This document shows positions 13,576 to 27,203 of a DNA stretch of 64,000 nucleotides, in pieces (the stretch's first letter is position 1; every line of letters starts with the position of its first letter). Source of the stretch: Octopus sinensis (Eukaryota); the NCBI RefSeq assembly GCF_006345805.1, contig NC_042999.1, positions 84,506,001 through 84,570,000 of the forward strand, in the 5' to 3' direction. Position numbers and translations under genes: made by a program. The notes below the pieces were generated by a model. It saw only the letters and a list, made by a program, of their open reading frames with translations, did no database searches and was not told the origin of the DNA.

Positions 13576-14123
13576 CATAAGGTGTATGCGGAGAGTGTGT
13601 GTGAGGGTGAAAGAAAGCAAAGAGAGAAAGATTTCATGTACATATTAGTAAAGATGTAATAGCTTATGCGCTCGTAAACCCGAAAACACTGAAACAAGTA
13701 AAACAATAAATTAAGAAATATATAAAGACACCCGTTCAATTATTGAAGCAAATACACTATCATGACGCACCTGATTTAATCCCATTAATTTATATTATGT
13801 TCTAATTCTGCAAATTACCACTAGTAACATACTAGTATCAGTTTTTGATGCCTAAATGCCCATAAAATAAATAATGAAAAGCAGGTGTCTAGAGGCTACG
13901 TAATGCTCATATAGAGGGCGAATAATACAGAAACATGTTCATAGCTATATGTTCGTAGAGATCAAACCTTTTCAGCAGATATAATTCATTTTGAGACTTT
14001 AATTCTCAATTTCTTGAAGTGTTAGCCATTTATATAACAATTATTAAATATCATCGCAAGGTTTTGTCTTCCCTTATTAAGTATATGTTTGTGTGAATGT
14101 ATTTTTTCCTTTTCTTGCCCTTT

Positions 14124-14400
14124 TCAAGCCTAGCCAATCTCATGGGCCCGGTTTCTGTGGCGTCCCCATGTGAACGGGACGCCAGTCCATCGCAGCGTTA
14201 CTCAAGAAACAAGAAGAGAGAGTGAGAGATAGTTGTGGTAAAGAGTACAACAGGGGTCGTCACCACCCCCTGCCGTAGCCTCGTGGAGCTTTGTAGGTGT
14301 TTTCGCTCAATAAACACACACAACGCCCGGTTTGGGAAACGAAACCGCGATCCTCTGACCGCGAGTCCGCTACCCTAAACACTGGGCCATTGCGCCTCCA
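14124..14400 (-). mobile_element. SINE family C
   Basis: tRNA-like head GGAGGCGCAATGGCCCAGTG...GCGGACTCGCGGTC...GGTTTCG. Shares head and body with 48985. Confidence 0.8.
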
Positions 14401-14813
14401 CCTGTGCATGTATACATTACGAATTACTTTTGCAGTGTAAAAGATACGAACAAGTGTATGTCACATTGGATAATACAGTCGTGGATAAATTGTGTTTGAA
14501 TAAAAGACAAGATGGCCAAAGCTGGAACATCTTTGATCATAGGTCTACTGGATCGGGACTTACCTGGTGCTAATGAACAAAAACAGTGAAGGACACGTTA
14601 GACAATGTAGTCCTGGAGAACATATGTATGAACAAAAGACAGGGTGGTCACAACTGGAACACTTTTGATCATAAGTCAATTCTATCTTGATGGACCAGGG
14701 TAATTTTGGGTAACGTTTTTCCTTGTGTGTTTTTTCTCTTCCTACACCTCACTGCATCTCTGGTTATGTATCCTTGTCACCCTTTCTCCGAAATCGTAAT
14801 GTGGTGGTTAATA

Positions 14814-15095
14814 CAGGATGTCCCAGTATTAACTATCTATTGCAATGAAATCAGGCATTTTTTTAAATGACAAAATTCTTTGTTTATTTGTTAACTATGA
14901 TATCAAGGCAAACAAATTTATAAATCATATATCAAAACTTTATTGAAAGTTTTCAACATGTGCTCCGTCTGTATCCCCGCAAATTTCATATCCATCCTTA
15001 GCTTTGTGAAACATATTTTGAAGCATTTCAGGAGTAATCTCCTGCACCGCTAACTGAATGCATTCTTTAAGCTCAGCTAAACTATTGCTGATATT
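14814..15095 (-). mobile_element. Tc1/mariner-superfamily 3' remnant
   Basis: TA-CAGGATGTCCC terminus. Minus frame LAELKECIQLAVQEITPEMLQNMF...DGAHVE. Confidence 0.6.
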
Positions 15096-15237
15096 CAAAC
15101 AATGACTAACAGAATTTTATGTTTAATTAATTGTTTAACCCTAGGAGGACATCTCCACCAGCTGGTTATTCAGTGCACTCTGCACTCGATATATACTGCA
15201 AGCAGGGAGAGAAATCCCAACTATTTTAGCCCCGAGA

Positions 15238-15286
15238 CCACAATACCGAGCGGTTTCGACCTCTTTATGGTCATCTTTGATGATGG
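15238..15286 (-). ncRNA. Decayed hammerhead relic
   Basis: Minus strand: CCATCA-TCAAAGA-T-GACC-ataaaga-GGTC-GAAA-CCG-ct-CGG-TA-TTGTGG. Helices II and III are intact, the core is degenerate. Confidence 0.5.
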
Positions 15287-16933
15287 ATATTCATCGGTTG
15301 AACATAACAGTAGATAATTATCAAACCAAATAGATTTATGAATTTTACACCCAAATTTTATAAAATGCTATCGCGGACAGATATGCAGAATCCAAAACGG
15401 ATGAAAATAAAATTATAAAAAAAATTATAAGCAAACGAAAAGTTCATACACTTGTGTGTGTGTGTGTGTGTGCGCGTGCGTGTGTGCGTGCATATATGTT
15501 TGTTAGTGCGTATATATTTTGTGTGTTTTTGAGTGAGTGTGTGATAGAAAGAAAAGGCAATACAATAGTTTAACGAATTCATGCGTTTTTGTGTTAATCT
15601 CTGATATTCAGTGTTGAACTGATATTATTTTAATGAAAAGCTAAAACTACAAAACAAAACAAAAATAACAATATTAGGAAAAATAACTCAATAAAATTTA
15701 ATTCAATTCACGGCCCACATATAAACAAACTGGCACACAAGATAGTATTTGTGTTTGCTATAATTATTTTGGTTCTGAGAATAGAATTGTTGGCGTTGCT
15801 ACTCTTGTTATTTATCTCCAGGCTACTTCTCATTGTAAAGACCTATGATCGAAACTTTTCCAGTCATAAACATTACGCTATTTCGAATATTTTAGTACTA
15901 CATTATCGAAGTTATCATGAGAATATAGAATGTGATTTGAGGTAAAATATTTGCAACTTTTTGCAGCTCAGCAACCGCATTGGGGATCCTGGCTGTTGTT
16001 GATATTACTTGCGCTCTAGCTGCTTGGTGTTTTTATATGGTGTTAATGGTAGTTTTGCTGGAAGTACATTTCTAATTCAATAGTATATATATGTGTTATG
16101 AGAGCTGAGCGGTGAAGAAGTTTGTTCCACAACTACGTGCTTTTGTTTTCTGTTCGAGTGCACGGTACTTTCGTCAGTATTGTCGTACACTTTGTCTTAC
16201 TTTCTTACATTTGCAAGTATATTTAGCAGATGGAAACTCTACGAAGCCTGTCGCACACGCACACACACAAACATGTATGTGTGCTTATATAAGTGTGACA
16301 TTGTGTTGATCACACACCGATTCAAAAACCGGTGTTGGCATGGTTACGTCATAAGTTAACGGGTCAGCAAAAAGTGGTGATAGAATAAGTACGCATTTTT
16401 AACGTAGAATAAGTATCGGAACTGATTTTTTCCAATAATTTGACTGCTACCATGCTGGGGCAAAGCTCCAGTATGCCAGCAGTTCAATGATTAAAAGAAG
16501 TCAAACAGCAAAATAGAATACAACAAGCCTTTGATTGGGTATTAATGTGTTCGTTAATATTTTATGTCAGGTAGCATCATTTGGTTATTGCTGTTGCTGT
16601 TATACTTATTGATGTTGTTTAGTCAAATGTGAGATTCGAATGAGCTCATTTATGATCAAACGCATTCCGTACAATAATGATTGTAACTGGATTCCATCGT
16701 CCGATAATACCAGCTTAAGAGAAGAATTTTATATTTGATGTGTTGAGAGAATGGAGTTTAAAGAGGGACTTGTAAAACTCTTACTCAACACCTTCAATTC
16801 TAGATATCATTTTTATTCTGTGTAAGTCGGACTTTTTTATATGTATATATATGTACATTTTTTTGTATTAAATGTATTGAATATTTCTTGAGTATCGACT
16901 TGCCGAATTTGCTTGTCCTTACATTTATTCATA

Positions 16934-16987
<54 letters not shown>

Positions 16988-17116
16988 AACGCACATACAT
17001 ATATGATGCGTGTGTAAATATGTGAATATATATATAGAGAGGTTCTATCTATGTATACATAACTATGTATATGTGCATGTGTGAGTGCATACGTATACAT
17101 GTTAAAACATATGCAT

Positions 17117-17169
<53 letters not shown>

Positions 17170-17854
17170 TACTTATCAATAACATCATCGAAGAAGTAAC
17201 TTATTTCTCTCTCTGACGGACGTATTTATATAATTTCAGTAATACAATTTCTTCTGTCTTTGTTTGACAATATAATTTACATTTCTCCTCCATACGCCCA
17301 TTATCTTAAACTACAGCTGGAATATACAAAATTTGTCATCGGTAAAAACAAAAAACAAACCATCATTTCCTTTACGTACGAACACATTTTTTTAAAAAAT
17401 CACATTATTGGTATTTTAAAACAATGTTTTAAGTTAACCTCTGTTTACAGTTCATCAGTTAGAATTAATGACGCATACAAATAACTATATAAATGATTTC
17501 AGTAATGGATTATGATGAGTTATGGCCAACGAAATAAAAAAAAAGATTCTTTAGGATTACATTGCAAAGTAAAGAAAGTATAATAGTAAAAATCGAAAAG
17601 AACTTGCAAATACATTAATACTAATGGCTTGACTTAAGCAAAATCTAGCAATTCCAGAGAGAGAGAGGTTGGTCGAAGACATCAACCTCTGTACTAGACT
17701 AATAATTATTTTTATTGCTCCTGGATGGATAGAAAGGCAATGTTGATTTAGGCGGAACTTGAACTCAAAATATAACCGGCTGTACATAAATAACTCAAGG
17801 AATTTTGTCGATTCCAGTTCATCGCATAATTATTGTTGATAATATAATGACTGT

Positions 17855-18501
17855 TTCAAACTTTGGCACAAGGCTAGCAATGTTAGGAGAGGAGTTAATT
17901 GATTACATCGAATCCAGGATTTCAACTGATTCTCATTTCATCAACACCGAAAGGATAAACGGTCAAATCGAGCTTGGTCATATTTGTAGTCAGAACATGA
18001 AGAGCCGGAAGACAAGCCGCTAAGATTTTGTCCAATGTGCGAAAGGTTCTACCACCTTGCCGCCTTAATACTGGTTTCAAATTTTGGTACAAGACCAGAA
18101 ATTACAGGGAAGGAGTAATTTGATTAACTCGACCCCAGTACTCAACTGGTACTTGTTTCATTAACTCCGAAAAGATAAAAGACAAAGTCGACCACGGTGG
18201 AATTTGAACTCAAAACGAAAAGACAGACGTTCTGCTGGCCTGCTAACTATTCTGCCAGCTCACCGCCTTCAATAATAATAACAATACTAATAATCCTTTC
18301 TACTATAGGCACAAGGCCTGAAATTTTGGGGGATGGGAGTAGTCGATCACATCGACGCCAGTACTCGACTGGTACTTAATTTATCGATCTCAAAGAGATG
18401 ACAGTCGACCTCGGAGGAATTTGAACTCGGAACGTAACGGTGTACGAAATAACGCTAAGCATCTTGCCCGGCGTGCTAACGATTTTGTCAGCTCACCACC
18501 T
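17855..18501 (-). mobile_element. SINE family B, three head-to-tail copies of differing age
   Basis: Reverse-complement copies at about 17855-18067, 18068-18270 and 18295-18501. Confidence 0.8.
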
Positions 18502-18589
18502 TAACATTAATAACAACAACAACAACAACAACTACAACAACAGCAACAAAAACAGCAACAACAACAACAACAACAATAACAACAACAAC

Positions 18590-18620
<31 letters not shown>

Positions 18621-18641
18621 GTAATAATAATAATAATAATA

Positions 18642-19570
18642 TGGGATATGCCGATACACACAGATAGAGAAACTAAGGCCAACAGACTAGATATAGTTGT
18701 CAGAGATCATGAAGAAAAAAAAGCTTTCTAATTGATGTATCAATAACGGCAGATGACAACGTGTCTTTAAAAGAAATGGAGAAACTCTCAAAATGCAAAG
18801 ACCTGGAAATAGAGGTAACCAGAATGTGGAATCTAAAAACAGAAGCAATTCCTATCATAGTAGGTGCATTAGGCATGATAAAAAAAATATTCAGACAAAT
18901 ACATAACAAAAACACCAGGACTTACGAACACATATAACATACATAAAATTGCACTACTAGGCACTGCACACATCCTACGCAGAACACTTTCCATACAATA
19001 ACCATCAGAGCATCACAGAAGCTATGCCAACATTATGGAATAACAACAGAAAAAAGATGGTGTAGGCACACACCAGAAAAGGTCACAGAAAACGAGAAAG
19101 CAACCATACTCTGGGATATGCCGATACACACAGATAGAGAAATTAAGGCCAACAGACAAGATATAGTTGTCAGAGATCATGAAGAAAAAAAATGCTTTCT
19201 AATTGATGTATCAATACCGGCAGATGACAACGTGTCTCTAAAAGAAATGGAGAAACTCTCAAAATACAAAGACCTGGAAATAGAGGTAACCAGAATGTGG
19301 AATCTAAAAACAGAAACAATTCCTATCATAGTAGGTGCATTGGGCATGATAAAAAAATATTCAGACAAATACATAACAAAAACACCAGGAGTTACAAACA
19401 CATATAACATACAGAAAATTGCACTACTAGGCACTGCACACATCCTACGCAGAACACTTTCCATACAATAACCATCAGAGCATCACAACAAATCACAGCA
19501 CATACCCAAGGCACACAGAGCTGCGCTCGGTAGTGAAGTGAAAGCACGGTATAAACATAAAACTACTGAA
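18642..19570 (+). mobile_element. 5'-truncated R4/Dong-like non-LTR retrotransposon, two head-to-tail 3' ends, embedded in (AAT)n
   Basis: Open frame 19019-19471 (KLCQHYG...ILWDMPIHTD...NRQDIVV...FLIDVSIP...KYKDLEIEVTRMW) is a restriction-like endonuclease C-terminus. 18642-19017 duplicates 19112-19487. (AAT)n flanks both sides. Confidence 0.85.
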
Positions 19571-19581
19571 TAATAATAATA

Positions 19582-19641
<60 letters not shown>

Positions 19642-20534
19642 TCATTTCATTTATTTCCCACCAAGGCGGATGAGGGGACAATACAAAGACACAAAGTGTG
19701 GGGATTTGCATATAATGAAATGATAAAATAATTTTTAAAAAACGACTGGAGTGTATACATGGTATGCAATGAAAAGATATATATATAGTATACAAAACAA
19801 AAATAATAATCCCTTCTATTATAGTGACAAAGTTTGAAATCTTGAGGAAAGGGATTTGTTGATTATACTAACACCAGTGCTTGGCCGGCACTTTATTTAT
19901 CGACTCGGATAGATTGAAAAGCAAAGTCAATCTCGCGGGAATTCGAAATAAGAAAGCAAAGACAGATGATATACCGCATTTCGTTCGGTGTGTTAACGAT
20001 TCTCAGATTGTCACCTTTAAAATTAATTGCAGTTGCTTCAGTAAGTCGTCTTTCAGCTCTCAGTTGCAAGTGAGTCTAATGAGGCAGACCTAGTAATGGG
20101 CGTCCTCTTCTGGCCAGCTCCGACAAAAGTGATTAACGTCTTTGTTAGGCTGGGGCTACTCCCACTTAGAATAATGTCTGCTATGACCTTCAAAACTTGT
20201 CATACCCACAGCAATAGCGCTCCTCTCCCCGGACTTTTAGACAGCTACTGAGGATGGGATCCATGGTACTTCTACTTTACATTTATAACATTCTCAAACA
20301 GAAACATAAGAAGAAAGGAAAATTAGAGTCAGTAAAGGAAGTTTGTACCTGTTCGCTATTTGTTGCAATTAGCAGCAAAATCTCACTCATATGACACTGT
20401 ATGGTTTAACAAATTGAATATTGTGATCCTAATTTCAAAATCAAGTCAGATCGTTATGCCGCTACCGTTTTTAATCCACAAAACACAGCAATATCAAGCA
20501 AAATAATGATTGGATATAACATACATAAATTATA

Positions 20535-20910
20535 GGCGCAGGAGTGGGTGTGTGGTAAGTAGCCTGCTTACCAGCCACATCGTTCCGGGTTCAGTCCCAC
20601 TGCGTGGCACCTTGGGCAAGTGTCTACTATAGCCTCGAGTCGACCAAAGCCTTGTGAGTGGATTTGGTAGACGGAAACTGAAAAGAATCCCGTCATATAT
20701 ATGTATATGTATATATATGTGTGTGTATGTGGGTGTTTGTGTGTCTCCGTTTGTCTCCCAACATTGCTTGACAACCGATCCCGTAACTTAGCGGTTCGGT
20801 AAAAGTACTAGGCTTACAAAGAATAAGTCCTGAGGTCGATTTGCTCGAGTAAAGGCAGTGCTCCAGCATGGCTGCAGTCAAATGACTGAAACAAGTATTA
20901 GAGTAAAGAG
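20535..20910 (+). mobile_element. SINE family A, full length
   Basis: tRNA-like head with A/B boxes, internal (TA)/(TG)n, tail ending CAGTCAAATGACTGAAACAAGT. Confidence 0.9.
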
Positions 20911-21471
20911 AGTAAGCTGGCAATAAATACAGGAAAACATTGTCCTAGTACAATTACAAAACCATTGCAACATATATACAGTATGTATAGGAACGCTTAC
21001 AATAAACTATACCCATGTTTGACCTTCAAGGAGACCAACCATTAAAGACTGAGGATGTGCTTTGACAACTCTGTTTAACTGTACGCACAATTACATAAAA
21101 TATATTAAATAATTGAAAATGAAAATGACAGTACGTAGAAAAACTGAACCAAGCAACAGGTGATACCGAAAAAAAAAATGTTTCGGCGAGTGCGAAGCAT
21201 AGGATTCAAATCTGAAACACAAATGTGAATATTGATTACAAAACCAAATCTTCCTAAACGAAATCAGATAAAAAATGTGCAATAAAACAGAGGGTAATTT
21301 CGTGGTTTAAAATGTAAACGTGGCGAAGATTTTAGTAAAGCGGGGTATAAATACATGGCACAGCTGAAGATTCGAAGTACTGATAAAAGTGTCAGAATTA
21401 TTGAATATGGCACACGACCATGTGTTTATATAAGTATATAAATGTGTGTGTGTGTGTTGTGTGTGTGTGTG

Positions 21472-21502
<31 letters not shown>

Positions 21503-21723
21503 TGTCCATGAGTGTGTGTGCTAACGTGCGAGCGTACGTATGTGCGCGTGTGTTTGAGAGTGACAAGCAAACAGAAATGGTCGGAAACAATGATAGTTGT
21601 ATATCGTATATATTTCTTTCAGTGTCTCTTTAAATATTTACACATAAATTTTTATATATAGTTCACTTTCTGACAAGAAAATTGCAAAACAAAGTCTTAT
21701 ACGATTCATACGTGAATTTGTGG

Positions 21724-21780
<57 letters not shown>

Positions 21781-21903
21781 CCATCATCACCATCATCACC
21801 ATCGTCACCATCATCACCACCATCACCACCATCACCACCACCATCACCACCACCATCATCACCATCACCATCACTATCATCACCATCACCATCATCATCA
21901 TCA
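21724..21903. repeat. (CAT)n grading into (CAC/CAT)n compound microsatellite
   Basis: Direct reading. Confidence 0.95.
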
Positions 21904-22139
21904 TATTTTTTTTTTCCTTTTGGTTAAACGATTTACTTTCCCAAAAGAAATCCTGATTTTGTTAGAAAGAAATCTTTATTTTCTTAATTTTGTGTGTAAT
22001 TTTTTAATTGTACAATAGAGACACACTTTACGAATTTTATTACACGTGAATTATACAAATACATACATACATACATACATACATACATACACACACACAT
22101 ACACACGCACGCACACACACACACACATACACACGCACG

Positions 22140-22173
<34 letters not shown>

Positions 22174-22222
22174 ATATATATATACATATATATATGAATG
22201 TATATATGTATGTATGTATATA

Positions 22223-22606
22223 CAGGTGCACGCATGACAGTGTAGTAAGAAGTTTGCTTACTAACCACATCGTTTTTGGTTCAGTCCCACTGCGTTGCAC
22301 CTTGGTTGAGTGTCTTCCACTAGAGCCTCGGGCTGCCCAAAGCCTTGTGAGTAGATTTGGTACACGGAAACTGAAAGAAGCTCGTCTGTCTCTGTGTTTG
22401 TGTTAGTTACCCCACCGTCGCATGAGAACCAATGTTGGTGTGTTTACGTCCCTGAAATGTTGCAGTTCGGCAATAAAGACCGGTTGAATAAGTACTAGGC
22501 TTACCAAGAATAAGTCTTGTGGTCGATTTCTTCGAATACGGTCCTTTAAGACAGTGCTCCAACGTGGCCGCAGTCAAATAACTTAAGCAAGTAAAATAAA
22601 AGGAGA
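22223..22606 (+). mobile_element. SINE family A, older copy
   Basis: Same head and tail blocks, more diverged. Confidence 0.8.
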
Positions 22607-23199
22607 ATATATATATATATCAGTCTCTAATTCTCATTTTCTCCTCTCCGTTTTCCACCGTTTTCTATCTGCCCCTCTCTCTCTCTCTCTCTCACTTTCT
22701 CTTTTCCACTCTTTCGTTGCTCACACGTGACCATCGTCCATAATTCTGTTCCTCAAGTGACCATCTTTCTTTTCATGCGCAGACATTCAAAGGACTGGAC
22801 GTTTTTGTTTCTCTTCTATCTGTTCTTTTTTCAAAGAAAATAATTCTCACAGCTTTCACTATTTTATTCTAGATCTGGTCTAACAACCCTCCATGTTCGT
22901 TTTCATTCGGTTTCCTTGTATGTCTCCCCTGTGCTGTTTTATTCCCAACTTTGACCCTCCATAAATCCTAAATATTATTTTAGAATTTATGGGAGCAACT
23001 GTCTTTTAAGACTCATATTGTCGTTGAATGCTCGATATGAAGAATAGATAAGCAACCGACAACTGACGAATGGTCGTTTCTCTGTGTTTACTTGTCCTGT
23101 TTTCCATTTTCTCTAATTGTTTACGTATTTAACTGGATTGTCTACCTATTTCATGTTATTTACACAGTTGTGACGTTCTGTACTCATATACGCATATAT

Positions 23200-23255
<56 letters not shown>

Positions 23256-23292
23256 CACACATATATACATAGATACTCATATACATACATAC

Positions 23293-23343
<51 letters not shown>

Positions 23344-23356
23344 TATTATATAGAAG

Positions 23357-23409
23357 GAGCTTCTACAGGACTAGAACTGTTTCATTCAAGAGAAATCTTC
23401 AGGAAGCTC
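23357..23409 (-). ncRNA. Type I hammerhead ribozyme motif with canonical core, GUA site
   Basis: Minus strand: GAGCTTC-CTGAAGA-TTTC-tctt-GAAT-GAAA-CAG-ttctagtc-CTG-TA-GAAGCTC. 7-bp helix I, intact CUGAAGA/GAAA, helix III ACAG/CTGT. It lies in a ~120-bp island (about 23345-23460) between two (TA)n tracts. Confidence 0.8.
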
Positions 23410-23541
23410 ATGAGTACCTTATTTACTGTGGTTAACCCCGAATCAACCCGGGACCTACATATATGTATATATATATATATAGATATATATATATATACAT
23501 ATATATATATACATAGATGCACATATATATACATACATGCA

Positions 23542-23595
<54 letters not shown>

Positions 23596-23601
<6 letters not shown>

Positions 23602-24394
23602 GACGAGGCAAGTTTTCCACTGTTCGAAAAATACTGGCACTCTTGCGAAGTGATGACTTTTAATACTTACGTCGTTTTTTTTTTCTTCACCTCCTCCACA
23701 CTTGCAAATTCTGTAGCTCTAGCTTTCCTCACCAGTGATGACCTTCTAAAAACGGTCCGGATCAACTTCCAATTATTCGTTCAGTTCATGACACGCATTC
23801 AGCCGTGACTGCTTTTGATCTTCCGCGAGCAAACGACGGACAAATATTGCTGCAAGTCTTCTCATTTGCAATTCCACGATCAAAGTTCGTTGCCAAACTC
23901 TCCAGGACACACTAGTCATATGAACAAGTTCGTCAATTGTTCGGTGATGGTCCTCCAAGATCAGTTCATGAATTTCGCGATGGTTTCATTTGTTCGGGAG
24001 GTCGACGGTGGTCCTGAACGGAGTTGGTCCTCAAGTCACAAGTGACCATTCCCTGAGGTGTGGTTACTTGTTTTACTCATGGCAGTGGCCTTGTAAGCTG
24101 TTTGAAGCAGCTTCGTAAGCGGCTTTGTAAGCTGTTTGGCCACCGCTTCCCACAGCAGTAAACAGAATTTCATAGAAGCACGTTGTTCTTTCATTTCAGC
24201 CATCACAAAAATCAAGGAACGTGGGAGAAGCAAAGCAAAGATGCACCACGTGACAGTACGACGCTAGTGATGAACGCCGGTCGGCAGACTGATGCCTGGA
24301 GCTCGCATCAAGTAGCTTCTAGCGGCGGAAGCCTGGACTAAACCGGGCCTACCCCACAGAGATTAATTCCGGTTACGTTTGAGTATCCTTTCGT
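23596..24394 (-). mobile_element. Internally deleted mariner transposon
   Basis: MAEMKEQRASMKFC, HRTIDELV...MRRLAAIFVRRLL and VITGEES joined directly to C-terminal FASVEEVKK...[11 protein letters not shown]-like ACGAAAGGATACTCAAACGTAACCGGAA at the right end. Confidence 0.75.
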
Positions 24395-24397
24395 GTG

Positions 24398-24436
<39 letters not shown>

Positions 24437-24819
24437 ATATCGAACTGAAATCACAACGTATCGTCTGCAGGAATTTTAAAATGCACAGTATGTAAATCGG
24501 ATGTTTGCGATTTTATCCAGTTGAAGATTTTACGAATATCGATATATTGAACAGAAAGTCACATTTAGTTTAGAAGTTACTTATGTGCCAGACATAAAAC
24601 ATACTGTGCGTAAAAATAATGATGATTTCTAACATTGGCATGAAGCCAGACAATTTAGGAAAAGGTATAGTCATTGCAATCGGCTCTATTACTTTAGTGA
24701 CCCCACTGATAGGCAGGTAAATGATGTTAGTGGAATTTCAGTTCAGTACATAACAAAGCATTTTGCCTGATGTTGAAGACATTAAGTATCTGACGCCTTG
24801 ACATCCCAATTCTTCTAAT

Positions 24820-25015
24820 ATTGGTTTCAAATTTTGGTACATAGCCAGCAATCTCAGGGGAGGGGCTACATCGATTAAATCGACCCCAGTGCTCAACTTG
24901 TACGTATTTATCGACTCCGAAAGGGTGAAGAGCAAAGTCAACCCCACTGGTGTTTGAATCCTGAACGCAAAGGCGGACGAAACGCCGCTAACTATTTTTC
25001 CAGCACGCCGCCTAA
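24820..25015 (-). mobile_element. SINE family B
   Basis: Diverged reverse-complement match. Confidence 0.75.
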
Positions 25016-25561
25016 CCAATACTTCTAATATTGAAACAAAGCTGAATTATTGAGAATGATCAACTTGATAAAATCGATATATTTCAGTTGTCATTATCTT
25101 GACGAGGGACAGATGGAATTCAAATTGAAATTAGGCCAGATTTCAAATTATAACACGTAAAACATTTCGATTGTATATCTATTGATACGGAAACTTCACT
25201 TTTGACAATTGTTCTCTCGCAAGCTAACATATCTTGAACACAGAACGTTGAGTGTAAAGTGATATAACTAAGTATCTCATATCCTTTTGCCCGACAGGCT
25301 ACAGGTTTGGGGCTACAACGTCATAGGTTATATCATTTATAATTTTTAACGAAATATACATCGTCTACGCAGATATAAGAATAAAAAAGTTTTGAATAGG
25401 ATATCCGATGTTATCCAATCAAATATTATTCAAAAATGATAAATGGTTTCTGATATTTCTGAGGACACATAATGCCGATAAATTTTGCTATAATGAATGT
25501 TATCCAATATAAATAATAATAATAGTAATAATAATAATAATAATATAATAATAATAATAAA

Positions 25562-26116
25562 TGCCCTGATGCAGTACCAGGCGGTGGCTCTCATGGCTTC
25601 TGATCTTAACTGATTGGAAGTGTTATCATGTACATTGTTTTGTCTTGGTATAAAAGATGGGCTATAGCAAATATTCTGCTCAATACCACAGATTTGCTTG
25701 TCAGTTGTTTGACCTTAACCAGTTGGGCATGTCCCTTAGTGGCTGACAATACATGCATCTCTGATCACGAGCAGAAGTAGTGGGGGAGCATCATAGCCAT
25801 GTGTTGAGAGGGATTCTTTGGAGTTTGAATAATTCACCTCTGGAAACATGGGTGTTTCGTTCAACATCCTAAAGCAACCCTTATTCAGGGACCTTTTGAG
25901 CAGGATGGGCTACTCGACCTGAAGAAAATTCTAACTGGGCCCCACCTGCAAGGTCATGTGATGTTTATCTTGATATGAGATCACAATGTCGCGCACATAT
26001 GGTTGTGATGCATGTGCCTAGTGTACCCTTATCAGACGGGTAGTCATGATGGATATGTTGGGCTTTGTATATTTTACCCCAGTGTCACTTTGATGGAATG
26101 CGCTGCTCTCTCACTC
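25562..26116 (+). mobile_element. 555-bp non-coding repeat flanked by (AAT)n on both sides (probable LINE 3' UTR or non-autonomous partner)
   Basis: GC-richer island with sharp borders at (AAT)n 25512-25561 and 26117-26200, and no convincing ORF. Orientation is assumed from the AAT tail. Confidence 0.55.
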
Positions 26117-26153
26117 AATAATAATAATAGTAATAATAATAATAATAATAATA

Positions 26154-26202
<49 letters not shown>

Positions 26203-26204
<2 letters not shown>

Positions 26205-26690
26205 AATTGTTGTATACAGCGCTAAGGTGCACTACAACTTGTCAAAAGTGCGCATGAAGCATATGCAGTAATGTACGAACGTCTGGAAAGTGAACAGTGT
26301 ATGAATCAGATACATGCTTGCGTGTATATGGAGGGGAGAAAATATGGTGTAGTATTGGCGAATCTCAGGAAGCATGGGAGTTTTGAAGGATGCAGTGCTC
26401 CGACATCTAACAACTGATGCCGGCAGTTTGGTCCATACTTCAGCAAATCTCAGCGGGAAAACATTTTACCGAAAGTAATGGGAGCTGTGCTGTTTTCTGA
26501 CTTTGTAAACATGTCCACGTGTGTGAGACAGGTGGAGTTTGAAAAGGTGCTCAGAGTTATTGTTAGTAAGATGGTTAATAATTTTATGGCAATCTCGAAA
26601 AAAGAAATACTAAAGAAAACCTAGTGCCAGCAGGATTTTTTAACTCACAATGTAACAGCATAAAACTAAATACAACAGCATGTTTTATTT
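26203..26690 (-). mobile_element. CR1-like LINE 3' end
   Basis: Minus frame AEVWTKLPASVVRCRSTASFKT matches the CR1 ORF2 C-terminal WNxLPxxVV motif. It is followed by an (ATT)n tail. Confidence 0.7.
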
Positions 26691-26739
26691 TCAGCTCTAC
26701 CGATTATGGCGTATATCGAATAAAAATAATGACGACCCT

Positions 26740-27163
26740 TTCTACCAAAGGCACAGGAACCCCAGTGTTTCACTGGTACTTAGTTTATCGATCCCGAAAA
26801 GATGGAAGGCAAGTCTACCTCGGTGGAATTTGAACTCAGAACATAGTGACGATCGAAGTACCACTAAGCATGTTAACGATTCGTCCAGCATTTTAATGAT
26901 TCGGCCAGCTCACCGCGTAGTATTGATAATAATAATAATAATAATAATCCTTTTATACTAAAGGCACAAGGGCTGATATTTTGAGGGACGGACCTAGTCC
27001 ATTACATCAACCACAGTGTATCACTGGTACTTAATTTATCGACCTCCAAGAGGATGAAAGGCAAAGTCGACCTCGGCGGGATTTGAACACAGAACGTAAA
27101 GACGGACGAAATGCCGCTAAGCATTTCGTCTGGCATGCTAACGATTCTGCCAGCTCGTCGCCT
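26740..27163 (-). mobile_element. SINE family B, two tandem copies
   Basis: Copies at about 26740-26915 and 26945-27163, separated by (AAT)n. Confidence 0.8.
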
Positions 27164-27171
27164 TAATAATA

Positions 27172-27172
27172 A

Positions 27173-27203
<31 letters not shown>

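Noticed and set aside
14455-14715. Two diverged ~135-bp direct copies
   Set aside because: Probably two old retroposon 3' ends side by side, with no further structure seen.
23600-23630. CTGACGA...TTCGAAA on the plus strand looks like a hammerhead core
   Set aside because: No helix I or III pairing, and it is explained as the antisense of the mariner C-terminal coding sequence ([10 protein letters not shown]).
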